DNA of 45,448 nt from Trypethelium eluteriae (taxonomy: Eukaryota), in NCBI GenBank assembly GCA_051942245.1, contig JAVECL010000136.1, positions 1 through 45,448 on the forward strand, given 5' to 3'. Each line of letters begins with the position of its first letter. Position 1 is the first letter of the stretch. The notes under the pieces are model-generated. The model had not been told where the DNA came from and made no database searches. It was given only the letters and a program-made list of their open reading frames with translations. The position numbers and the translations under genes are program-made. This document shows positions 34,301 through 45,448 of this stretch, one piece after another.

Positions 34301-36519
34301 ACGGGGGGTTTTTCCATGGGGTTGTATGTTAGCAGCTCTCTATGTTACCGAATTGATAATAGACAAAACATTGGAAGAATTGCAACTTTAATTACTTGAG
34401 ATGGTGCTCAATTGAGGATTAGGAAGTTTAAGACACTGGATAGCGAAGGCGCAATTAATTTACAACAATCTTCGCGCTTGGGGCTCGTTCCAACCTGAAC
34501 CTAAGCTCTCAACATGCATGTCACGCCGGAGACTGGAGAGCACCGTTGTTCATGAGACTGAGAATACTTTTCGTACACTGGTGCCGCTGCTTGCCGCTCG
34601 CTTGTTGACATTGGCTTGCTCAAAATTTCAGTGGATGGCAAAAGTGCACCTAAGGACTGCCCACGCCGATGTGCATTTCCTCAAGCAAGCTGATTTATCT
34701 CCTTCTTTCCGTAGCAATACGTCCATAAATTCTTATACTCATGTCCCACTGGTGACATCTTTCGAGGCTTATCATCATTACCCATACTCTGCCTTCCTTT
34801 CATCCTTGAGAGTACTCGAATTTACCACCTACGTTTGCAACACGTCCACGGTTGTCGACTTTTACTTCTTCGAAGGATCAAAAAGCCTTTACATATTTGG
34901 TCCCGTTTACCATGCCCTCGTGCACATCCAACTCCGCCTCTGATTCTCGACCTCGTCCATACACCGTTCCTGAACACATTCCGCATTTTTTTCCGTGGTC
35001 ATCCAGAAATGGTCTCTCGAAATATAGCTCGATGGACGCGTCTTGATCGTATCTATTTGCATAAGCGAAATACTGCATGGGTGTGATCGGAGGCCGACGT
35101 GTAGTTGACGTTGTCTTCTTGCTGGGTTCGCACTAGCAAATTAACAAGCAGGCAGGGCACATGCACTGGTAGAAAGCCAATGTCGATGATATGGATCAAT
35201 ACGGGAGCGAGCAAGTTCGATAAAATTGAGGAGGGAACAGTACAAGGGGAAAGGTAAGGGATATCTTTTCAGGGACCGAAGCTACACGGCGGATATCTTA
35301 GAGTAAAGCTCTGTTTTGCATAGCCTGGGATTCCCGCGGGAAAAGAGGCCCTGTGGTTTTAGACTGAAGGACTGGAACCCGTGACGATTTTGCTCAGATA
35401 GAAGGAGAAATACCGGGGTGGGTTTCCAGGTATGACATGGACGAACGGGGGATTAGCTGGGTAGGATGTTTTGCCATGTCACCGAAGGGGACTATAGAAT
35501 TGTCGGCGAAGTAACAAGGCCCAAGAAATTGTTACAGCCTCCACGTTTTGTGAAGCTAAAACGAGGTGTTATGTACAAGATGTCCTACCAGTTCTTGTTT
35601 AATGTTACTAAGCCATTCTCCGATTGAAGATTAGATGTATAATTGGAAGACAGTGACTTACTCCATACACACATCTTTGTAGCCAAGATACCATTGTACT
35701 CCTTCTCCTTCGCTGCTGAGGAATATTGTGATCCCTTTAATGACTAAAGAGTCGGCTATTTGGAATATGTATTCGACTTCCCTTAGAGAATTTGACAAGG
35801 ATTAAGATACTGCAGTACAAACTTCGTGACTTCAATCTTGCTAGGAACAGAAAGGCTTCACATATGCGAGACATATCCACCGCCTCCTTCCTTTCATTGG
35901 TAGAGTCATTAACCCCTCGCTAGTCAGTCGAGGCTCTCTCCAGCCTCCAACTCCCATAGACGCTTTACTCCAGCAAGGAACCGATAGAACAGGGTCTGGG
36001 GATTCTAATATGCGGCGCGGTCGTTCGACAAGTCTCGCTGCGTACTGATGTGTACTTACATAAGAATAAGCAGGGATAGCATTGACAAGGACCGGAAGAC
36101 AGGACTCTTCCGTTCCGCAGTCATATCTTCCAAAAACTAGATCTTCTGAGATCCTGTCGTGAAGTTGTATTCATGTTGGAAGAACTTAGCAAGGAGATTG
36201 CGCCTGAGTGCGTCGCCAGTACTGACTGAGGTCCAACTCAAAGGCTTTAGAGAGGATAACCGGGCCTCGATAATTTGCACGATACGGCTTTGAATAGAGA
36301 CTCTGACATTGGGGGCAGCCGAACTTCTCCGGAAGTGAGGATGTTGCTCCCATCGACGGCGTCTGAAGCGGAGGTGGACAATGTAGGAACTCTCTAGATT
36401 GAATGATCAAGATACGGATTGTTGGACAAAACTCTCCCAAGCGTTTCCGAGATGTAGGGAAACTGGTATTGAGGACGAGTCTCAGGCGTAAGTGTGAGTT
36501 AGAGCAAAAGGTCCCCAGC

Positions 36520-36555
36520 TTCGACACGGCTCAATGTTTCGACATGGCTCAATAT
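36520..36555 (+). repeat. 18-bp tandem duplication
   Basis: TTCGACACGGCTCAATGT followed by TTCGACATGGCTCAATAT (16/18 identical). Confidence 0.75.
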
Positions 36556-38031
36556 CGCCGCAACGTCTGCTCCAGACTGGGTCCTCTGGAGGATATTCTG
36601 CGCCGCTTGATCGGATGAAATTTCCAGAAATTCAATCAGCTCCTCATCATGGTGGACCACGAGTGAGAACCCCGGAACTGGTTATACCAGCATTGCACAC
36701 GGGCAGTGAAGATGATTAAAGCGGCGTCTTTGACTTGTCACGAAAGAAAATCCTAAGGTTGGTCATCTGTTCCATCACGCAACTTGAGCTTAAGACTTTT
36801 CGTAATAAGCTCGTGTACTCTCTCCAATGCGACGGTTAGCCGCCAGGATGTGGTGAATGTACAAAGCTCAACACGAAGTGTAGCCTCCATACCGAGATAG
36901 GAGAGACGCGAGCATAGAGCATCCACGGAGTGAATAAGCGGCTTCGTGAGCGGTTTGCTACTGTCATGCTCCTGCTCAAATAGCTATACTCAGGCTCAGA
37001 GGCGACAAAAGCCGATATTCTGGTGCACCTCTCCGCTAGGCAGGAAATGGATAACATACTCCAACAATGTAAAGTTGAAGAACAAATTTCATCCTGCCTC
37101 ATGTCGGAGACAGGAATTAGAAGTCGCAATTATCTATCAAGGTCCAGTATCCCGGGGGTTGAGGAGGCAACGAAAGTTTCCTTGACTGAATATCTGGTTC
37201 TCCATAATAGCGTATCCGCTTTCTGAGCTGCACAGAGATCCACATCGTTATCGGTTCCAAGCTTCATTAATCGGCCTAGCTCAATTAGCAACTCAGTGCG
37301 GCCCAGCCTGGACGAAGAGAAGGGCCGGAGCGTGTCCGCCTCAGATTTCTCTGAAGTCCAACAGCCAGACATGATCAATTACATGACTGTACGCTTTTTA
37401 TACGAAACCATTTTCTCTTATTTCTCTCTTATTTTCTCCCCTTTTCTTTTTTTTACTGACGCAGCTAGTGGCCTCCAGCCGAAGAAGACCTCGTGTCCTT
37501 GACAGAACCCGAGGAGCAGAGGAGTACTGTACACTCTTACCTGTACGGTTTCGACCTCAAAAAAGCTTGACAATATTGTCATACAACACCGATCTACCTC
37601 TTGCGTCGACGCCGATTGACTCACAGGGCACTGGTGTACGCTTGTTCGTGTCATCATTGTTCGACCGTTATGACTACCTCCTGGACAAAACAAAAGTGAT
37701 CAAATTACCACAGTAGTCGCCATGAATATGATACGCCCAAAGGTCCTCTATCAGGTATCATCTATGCAAGATATGGATGTTCCTGCTGCTCATCCAACGG
37801 AAAGTTCGACAGTAGCGAGATGCCTTTGAGCGAAGATTTGACCAGAGCTTGGCTATTCGCAATTCCCTTCATTGCCCAAGTTGAAAGAGTAATAAAATTT
37901 TGAACCTGGGAAGTTGGATCTCGTCCGGATAATTATTGGCGCGTATGCTGCTGGAGAATGGAAGATTGCCAAAGAGTTGCTGAAGGTTCGGGTGAACCCT
38001 GAGGGTAGGAACCATCTTTGGACGGGCATTC

Positions 38032-38906
38032 ATGACCGTCAATACCGGGCCGGATCCAGGAGGGTCGGTGGCAGCATCCACTGACATATACTACGAATCT
38101 AGCGCAACGCTCGAAGCAGGCGCTCCTTCAGATCCAGCGATCGGGGCCTACACAGGTGTTGCCGTCCTATTCGATGAGAGGAACATTGTAAGGTCATCTC
38201 CAATATTCAGATGGGTTGCTCGCGTGGTTCACCGTGTCAAGCCAGAAGGTCAGTTCTCAACTCTTTTAGCCACGGGCGACGTCCTGGGGTTTCCGGTCTA
38301 GCACCTGTATGGCAGAATCTTCTACCGAGTATTTTATTGATCCGTCCAAAGGCTATCCTTTTACTCGTTCTGTGTTCATGTACATGTTCTGGTACGTTAT
38401 ACAGTGGGTGATATCACCGTCTCCGCAGACCTATGAGGCCACACCTGGGTGGCTAAGACCGACGTAAGATCTGAACATAACTAGTTAAATAAGGTTCGTT
38501 ATTGATTGGTGTCAGACCTAGGCAGCTTACTATACCTCATACAATATCCATGTGATCGATTTCGTCATCTGGCCGGCGCATCGAGAAGTCGTCGTTCAAG
38601 TTTGCCATGCAAGAGCACATGGGATGGTTGATGGATCTGTCAATTCATATTTCATGCCAGTGGCAACACGCAACTGAGGAAGCGCTATGCCAAAATCCAT
38701 TCACTGGTAATACGGACCTCACAAATTTAGCCAAGATGGCTATGGCAACCTTATTTCGCTATATCTGCGTGCTGAGAGGATCGCAATGGTGTATGTATAC
38801 GTTCCAGAATTAGTCGATGGATGCAAATATCTGTAAATACATGCCGGACACGGACGCGTACGTCAAGATCGGGACTGAGAATCCAGGATTCGACTATACA
38901 AGTTAG
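38032..38906 (+). pseudogene. Decayed DUF3425-domain (bZIP-associated fungal regulator) gene
   Basis: Relic exons read WVISPSPQTYEATPGWLRPT | PRQLTIPH...IDFVIWPAHRE...MQEHMGWLMDLSIHISCQW...QN*S...KYMPDTDAYVKI. Recognisable introns 38307-38404 and 38464-38515. Frameshifts near 38540-38605 and a TAG at 38811 where NWS is expected. The 5' boundary is uncertain. Confidence 0.62.
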
Positions 38907-40787
38907 AAGTTCGACACTCTTGTCAACGAGATCTTCCATCCTCGGTCCACTTCTTTGTATCATGCAGAGAGCAATCATTTGGTCCAGGCAAAGATCATGT
39001 TAACCATTTCACTGATGTGAAGAGGTTGCTCATCACACCATTTTTGCGAGGAAATCGGAGACTGACTATCAGCTTACCGCCTTGAGCTATTGTTGCTTGG
39101 CTCGTCACTCACATCGAGAGCCAGTCATTCAGGGTGAGCTTGCACAACGAAGGATAATGGGACGATTCTAGAGATCTCCGTTACAGACTGTCGTAATGCT
39201 CGGAGTGTTATCGGCCACAGGAGGTTAGAAACCCAGTTTTCACGCACCGCAAGCGACTGGTCGTAGCAGTGGTAAATGCTTTGGCCGAGCATCATGAGGT
39301 GCCATAAGTTGCGGTCGGAATCTGGTCCATTCGTTTTCTAGTCTGGGATACCCTGTCCGCGGCGAGTACAGAGTTCAATGTACATTCCAGCGAGCGCAAC
39401 ACAATCTGACTTTTGACCGCTATCAATATCGGAATCTCGTGGGGTTCTATCGTTCTTAACATGCTCTCGCAGTACACCGCTGACTGGCAGCCAGGTTTTA
39501 CCATCGAGTCCAAATTAACATCCAGCTTCGTCTCTGATAGCTCTAGCAGATTTCTTGATGTATTTTAGCGTACTGGTCACAGATCTCACAAGGACGAAAA
39601 GGGTACTCATAAAAGTATACTTGAACCTATGAGCAACCGATCGCTACTCGGGCTTCAAAAGCGGGTGCAATACCAACAGGACTCAGTGGCAAACCCAGAG
39701 CTCCACTTCGTTCCCTACTTTACAGTTAAAACTCACAAGCATAGCTTGACGAGGTCAATCATTTTCCTGAGCGCCCGAGCTCTTCTACAATGATCGGTCT
39801 AACAGCTTTGCTTCTTTGGCCTTACCTGCGATCATCTTTCGAGAGCGAACGACCTTGCCCATTATCAAGGATGACGATAAGGTTAGGACTCGAGTGTAAG
39901 TCCATGGCAAAGATGAGAATATCCATTGAGTAAACATAAAGTTCATAAATCCATTACTGAGAGCACATTTTCTCAAATTATGCAATCCCAAAGTACTGAG
40001 ACGAACCACCTGTGCAACGACGCGATTCAGTCAATCTCCAAATCTCGGCATACAGCCAAGATAGGTTCGTTGTATGTGGGACAGATTTTGAAGAGCGAAA
40101 TTTACTGCATGTTTTGGATGGGTGAATCTTACAAGAAGCTACTCTGTCCTCCGCGCTAAGCCAAGCAAGGGAGCACGAGGGTGAGCGGGCCGAAGACTTG
40201 CCGGTTTGCATATTGCATCCCGTCTTGAAATTGTTCACGGGCATCACGCCTAAATCAAAAGACAAATCCATATGCGTTTTCATACCCAAAGATGATTAGG
40301 ATTTCTTAATTGAAAGTCTTTCATATCTTGAATGAATCACATTATTTGGAGAAGCAAAGCGCTCTATATCATGTGCTACAAGTTAAGTCCCTTTTTCAGC
40401 TCTAAAATCCTCTCGGTTTTCTTGGGTCGTGGTCTCTTTTCTACGACGGGCTCTTCTCGCTCATTTGGCTATGTCAAAGATTAAGCTCAAGCTCCAGTCT
40501 TTACCATGGACTGTTCATCGGTCTTTCGCTGTCCGTGAGCAGCTCCTCAATCCCAGCTGAGGCAGCCACTGTAGCCCATGGAGAGGGTCACGTGCACGGG
40601 CCTCGCTTGCAGAATAAGAAATGGCGCGTTCTTTTCTGCATCCTCGACCCGAACAACAACATCCCTCCAGCCACGCCGTCCACCACAACATACCTCCACC
40701 ATCGAGTTTCGAGACCATCGATACCATCATTCGAGTCGCACAAGTTCGCTTGTATTCCACATCACCTCAGCATTGAATTAAGTTATC

Positions 40788-41461
40788 ATGCCTGGTGGAA
40801 AAGGTTGATATTCACACGCGGCACGCCTTGTTTGATGGGTGACTGATGAATTCTCACAGGCAAAACTGGCGGCAAGACCGGTGGCAAGGCAGACACGTCT
40901 GTCAAGACACAAAAGTCACACTCTGCTAAAGCTGGCCTTCAAGTAAGTCGTCCACCTTTATCAATGCGCGCCTACGCGATCCAAATTTTTTGTCTTTGTC
41001 GCATTCGTCTTTGGCATGGGGCAGACGACGCGTTTTCCCATTGGGAAAGGGATAGGCTGTAGCGCTATGGTGTTCTCGCCCTTTTACGGCTTTTCGACAT
41101 CGTTTTCATCAACATTCTACTAATGCATTCGCGTTTGCAGTTTCCCTGTGGTCGTGTCAAGCGTTTCCTCAAATCCCAGACCCAAAACAAGATGCGTGTC
41201 GGTGCCAAGGCTGCTGTTTATGTCACGGCTGTTCTCGAATATCTCACTGCGGAAGTACTTGAACTGGCGGGTAATGCGGCAAAGGATCTCAAAGTCAAGC
41301 GTATCACCCCGCGTCATTTGCAGCTTGCTATCCGTGGAGACGAGGAGTTGGATACATTGATCCGAGCAACTATCGCGTTCGGTGGTGTACTTCCCCATAT
41401 CAATCGCGCTCTCTTGTTGAAGGTTGAGCAAAAGAAGGGCAAGAAGGAGGTGACGGCTTAA
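40788..41461 (+). CDS. HTZ1: Histone variant H2A.Z
   Basis: Exons 40788-40803, 40860-40942, 41141-41461. Product MPGGKGKTGGK...[20 protein letters not shown]...[44 protein letters not shown], which is diagnostic for H2A.Z. Confidence 0.97.
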
Positions 41462-42058
41462 ATTGGGTGGTGAAGGGGATATGGTGTTTTGGGTTGGTTG
41501 AGTCATGTTATTTTTTCTTTTTTTTTTTCTCTTATGAAACATTATGGATGTGGAGCTGAGGAACTCTTGGATTTGGATTTATTTCAACCTTTGGGTTCCG
41601 CATTGAAATCGAAAATCAAAGACCATTCATAACACTGTTCTCTGCTCTCGTATCTTGTGAGTAAGGTCTCTTACCAAGCAAACCCATCTGCATAACATCT
41701 GCAAAACCATAAGGCCATCTGCAAGACCATCCGCAATACGATGGCGATTTAGATTTGGGGTCCTCCTGGACCGAGGAATGGTACTTTTCCTGTCGTTTGC
41801 GCAAGCTCTATTGAAATTGAGATAGGCCTTCGAAATGGGGACACTCACGATAATATGCTCTTTGCTACACCTTGGATGGTTCCAACCGTAGGTCAAATCA
41901 TGCTCGTTCAAGAGTGGATCGAGATCGCCCGGATCTTTATTTGGTCACGCTATGAACGACGCCTCACAATGTACAAACGCCGAATAGTCCAATTATTACG
42001 ATATATAGTATCCTAATTTCAAAAAGATGCAAATTCGAGAATGCGACCAAACCATAAG

Positions 42059-42084
42059 AAAAAAAAAAAAAAAAAAAAAAAAAA
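42059..42084 (+). repeat. A26 homopolymer
   Basis: Read directly; lies between the converging HTZ1 and PIN4-like genes. Confidence 0.9.
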
Positions 42085-42430
42085 GGCAAAACAAGACAAA
42101 AAGCAGGGCAGGTATGTCACCATTAATACAATGCAAGAGAAAAAGAAAGAAGAAACCCAATCGACACTATCCCACTCCTCTGCTAATCGAAAACAAGGTC
42201 GAGGCAATTCCAAAACAAGGTGCCCAACATCTACAAGCTCGTTTCAAAAAGCTTGTTTCTTGGTCTGAGTCGCTGTGTTCGTGATCATTTGTTGTAATTT
42301 TGATGCACCGCATTTCCAAATCTCCAAACATGCAACCGTTAGGGCGTGAACCCAAGATATGATTTAGATCTACCGGTCGTTGTGCGGTCATGGACGTCAT
42401 TCGTCGTGTGCGTCATTATTAGGAGGTGTA

Positions 42431-42432
<2 letters not shown>

Positions 42433-42470
<38 letters not shown>
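42433..42470 (+). repeat. (GT)19 microsatellite
   Basis: Perfect dinucleotide run about 140 nt beyond the PIN4-like stop codon. Confidence 0.92.
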
Positions 42471-42474
<4 letters not shown>

Positions 42475-42607
42475 CCTGTTAAAATGTGTGCCGATCAAAC
42501 TGCTCAGTCTTGAGCCCACCACCATCATTTCCTAATTTCGTGGAAGTCTTGAGCCAAATCCACCAATCCAAGTCACTCATCCCCCAAACTTCGTGTCTGA
42601 TTCTTAC

Positions 42608-44604
42608 TTATTCTCCCACCACAATCTCCACATTGCTCTGCGAACTAAGCTCATCACTACCTCTGCTCGTATGACCATTTTGTCGCGATCTGCCAGAACC
42701 TTGACTTGAAGCTCCAAATCCTGTTCGTTCTGGAAGAGGACCTCGTGGTTGCCTCATAGGCATGCTGCTAGGCGTCGCTCTGTCTCGATTCTGACTATCG
42801 TATGCGCCATTGCTCGAATTTCCAAACGTTCTGTGCCCACCAATCGGTCCTGGTCCGGGTACATTACCAATGCTTTCACTGCTTCGATCCCACGACATCA
42901 TACCGCGTAGACCTCGAGGAGATCCATTGTTCGCCTGACCATGAGGGTTTCCAAAACCTGTTCCCAGGCCCATATGACCAAGACCATTGACCAAAATGTT
43001 CTCATCTCGAGTAGACATACTGGTGGCCGTAGGCGTAAGATTTGGCGTTGCAGTAGATGCGCTGTGTAGACCAGGACCACCATAATCGACTCCCACCCCC
43101 AATCTTGCGAGTCCAGCATTATTGCCCGTGAATGGAAAGCTTGCAGTCGAAGGCACTGGTGATGGTGTATAAGATCGAAGATCAGCAAATGATTTAGCAG
43201 CACGAAGATTGGTACCCGCTGTAAGACCGCCACCTCCTGGAGAGTCTGGGAAGAGATAGCTGGAAGGTTGTCGACCCAAAGCACTAAACATATTGTCCGA
43301 AGCGCGTACATCGCTGAAGTCTGTTGTGGCCGATCGATTGAGGGCACGTCGTTGAGGATCTTGCAATGAAGGATGCGCAGATCCGGGTGGACTGAGATTC
43401 CCTCCAGAGGTACGGTAAACATGGACTTGACGTTGCTCACCATCCCCTTTGGATAAATGGGAGAGTCCCATGTGATGGGCGAGTGTATGTACTGTCCTTC
43501 GTTGAGGAGGGGATAGATTTGAGGGAAAGACGAGACAGTCTCGGGAAAGATCTTCCTTGAAGAGTAAGAGTTGAGAGTAGAATCGCAAGGCCTCGGGATC
43601 ATTCAAGTCGACATCTTGAGAAGTTGTTAACTCAAGTTTGTACGACGGGAATGGTAACTGACCTGGTTTGGGATTTCTTGCTGAGACTGGTGAAGGTGAT
43701 GTTGTAGGTATGTGAGATGACATGGAGGATAAAGAAGGTTGATTGTTGAGTTGAGCGCCAGGCATGGGTCTATGTTGTTCCTCGAGCTGTCCACGTCTCT
43801 CTCGCTTTTCTCTTTCGATTCTCTCACGTTCAGCAATTGGAAGCATCTTTTTGTATTCCACCCTCAGTTTACGTCCTTGTAATTCGAAATGATTCATATG
43901 CTCGATCACAACTGCGGTCTCTTCTGGAGTCGTGAAATTTGCAAAGGCGAGACCTCTGAAGACTCCATTATCGAAATGATAGTTGAAGGCGTATGGTAGA
44001 GGAAGGTGCATTTCGGTCATCAAGCCAACCAGTTGTTCCTTTTTGACAGCAAATGGAATATTCTTGATTACAATAGCGGTCGGTATCAGTTCTTCATCCG
44101 GTTCAGTCGATAAAGACTCTTGTCCTCGCATTTGAAGACCAAGTTGAGGCATTGGGGGAAGATTAGGGATCTGCTGAGATTGATCTAGCCATGCCTGTGT
44201 GGAAATGTCATGTTAGTCACGCCATCGATTCATGAAGGTAAGATATCACATACAGATGGTATTGCGCCACGTGTTCGTGAAGGATTTCGACGTTGTGTAG
44301 CTCCCAAGGCAGCCAGATTATTATTTTGACCAAATCCAGAGCTATTCCACGTTTGTGATGGACCCACATCGTAACCTCCGTAATTTCCATGAATCGTAGC
44401 ATTCAGTCGGTCATGATATCTTGTCTGATCGTAACGAACAGCATGGTCTTCTGGAGTATATAAGCCACCTGGATATTGTCCGTAGGCATCAAATTGTCGT
44501 GAAGGTTGACGGTGTAGGGTTTGTTGTTGATGACGCTGCGAACCAGGCGAGCGCGTGACAGGATTTTCGTAATACATGTCTTGATTAGATAGGTTACTCA
44601 TCAT
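42608..44604 (-). CDS. PIN4: RRM + R3H RNA-binding protein (Pin4/Cip2-like)
   Basis: Exons 44604-44254, 44194-43663, 43614-42608. RRM (IPTAIVIKNIPFAVKKE, FNYHFDNGVFRGLAFANF, GRKLRVEYKKMLP) and R3H (QRRTVHTLAHHMGLSH) followed by a long low-complexity tail. Confidence 0.88.
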
Positions 44605-44637
44605 GGCCGTGGAATATAGTCTATGAGCGTGATGAAA

Positions 44638-44729
44638 GAAAGCGAAAGCGAAAGCGAAAATGAAGGTGAGGTTGAAAGTGAAAGTGCAGGTGAGTCGTGG
44701 TTGTGGTCGTGGTCGTGGTCGTGATCGTG
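44638..44729 (+). repeat. Hexamer repeat tracts, (GAAAGC)n and (GTGGTC)n, just upstream of the PIN4-like start
   Basis: GAAAGCGAAAGCGAAAGCGAAAA and GTCGTGGTTGTGGTCGTGGTCGTGGTCGTGATCGTG read directly. Confidence 0.7.
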
Positions 44730-45448
44730 GATCTTTGGTGATGACCGTCCGAGCTCAAAGAAGGTCTCCTTGCATTTGCTTTTTGATTTTTTTTCTTCTT
44801 TCTTGCGATCCAGGTTAAGAGGCAGGCAGCCGACAGAAGATCAAGCAAAGTCGACGAAGCCTGCCCAGACGTTGCTGGTAGCGCCTTTTTCAAAGCGCGG
44901 GATGGAGTGGATGAAGAAGAGTGAGGATGGCGCAGAGTGAGGTGTTGGTAGCTGGTGGTACAAGAGTACGGAGTACCTGACCTGAGTACCTCCCTAGGGT
45001 ACACGCACGACTCACTGGTCACTTCTCCTAGACCAGGCAGGCTTTACCGTGCCGGCAGTGCTTGCCGATGGATCCGTCTTTTGGTCACAGAGGCACCGAG
45101 GGGTCTTTTGGAGGCGCGATCGATGATGCAGCATCCAACGACGAAAGGGTAGAGAGGGAAGTGGAAAGCAGAGATAGAGGAAGAAGAAGGATGAGGATGT
45201 GGTTGTGCGGTGCAGAAATGTGAGGCTTTCGCTTCTTTGGGTCTTGGCTCGCCTGGCGGTTCCTTGGATGCGAGCTCCTAGCGCAAACTGCTGCCCCCCC
45301 CCGTTGCCCCTGTCCGTATATGTAGATGTATAATCAAAGGGCAGGCCCCGCCGGACAACGCAGTAATGAAAAGAAGGATCAAGCAATCTCCCCAAGCAAC
45401 GCACTGATGCCGCGCAAGCCCGGTGTCGAAGAGGGGGGAGGGAAGGGG

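Noticed and set aside
15850..36555. Short tandem repeats as a possible CRISPR-like array
   Set aside because: They are 2-4 adjacent copies without spacers in a eukaryotic genome, consistent with ordinary slippage duplications.
34518..36719. ORFs of 60-141 aa in the gene-poor interval
   Set aside because: No family could be recognised, so they are not called as genes or pseudogenes without a homology search.
38811..38813. TAG at a Trp position as a possible A-to-I editing-corrected stop
   Set aside because: The same gene also has frameshifts and another stop that editing could not repair; pseudogenisation is the simpler explanation.
44621..45404. Minus-strand ORFs 44621..45022 and 45012..45404
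   Set aside because: Low-complexity translations of simple repeats in the PIN4-like leader/promoter, with no recognisable motifs.

Overview
Gene-dense eukaryotic DNA from a filamentous ascomycete (Pezizomycotina), inferred from short GT-AG introns with CTRAY branch sites and the fungal protein families present. About 19 protein-coding genes can be reconstructed by hand: NmrA-like (5'-truncated), PTH1, RKM4/SETD6-like, NTA1, an MDR1-type ABCB transporter, SWI5/SAE3, YTP1-like, RIT1, BMT5, FYV10, RBG2, an MBOAT_2/wax-synthase-like acyltransferase, a 90-aa four-exon V-ATPase subunit f/RNASEK-like gene absent from the ORF track, ELP3, LSC1, AP-2 mu, an uncharacterised BTB-like protein, H2A.Z and a PIN4-like RRM-R3H protein. 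A 6.5-kb stretch without intact genes (34.3-40.8 kb) holds a decayed DUF3425-type gene, and a probable chromovirus chromodomain relic lies near 26.1 kb. Most notable: (i) the AP-2 mu stop codon is followed by an in-frame, stop-free 93-nt spacer leading directly into the next gene; (ii) C-rich to G-rich skew inversions recur inside many genes; (iii) RIT1 has a GC-AG intron; (iv) palindromic Zn2Cys6-type sites cluster upstream of the MDR transporter. I found no RNA genes, CRISPR arrays or intact transposons. Family assignments come from remembered motifs, not database searches, and splice models are predictions.
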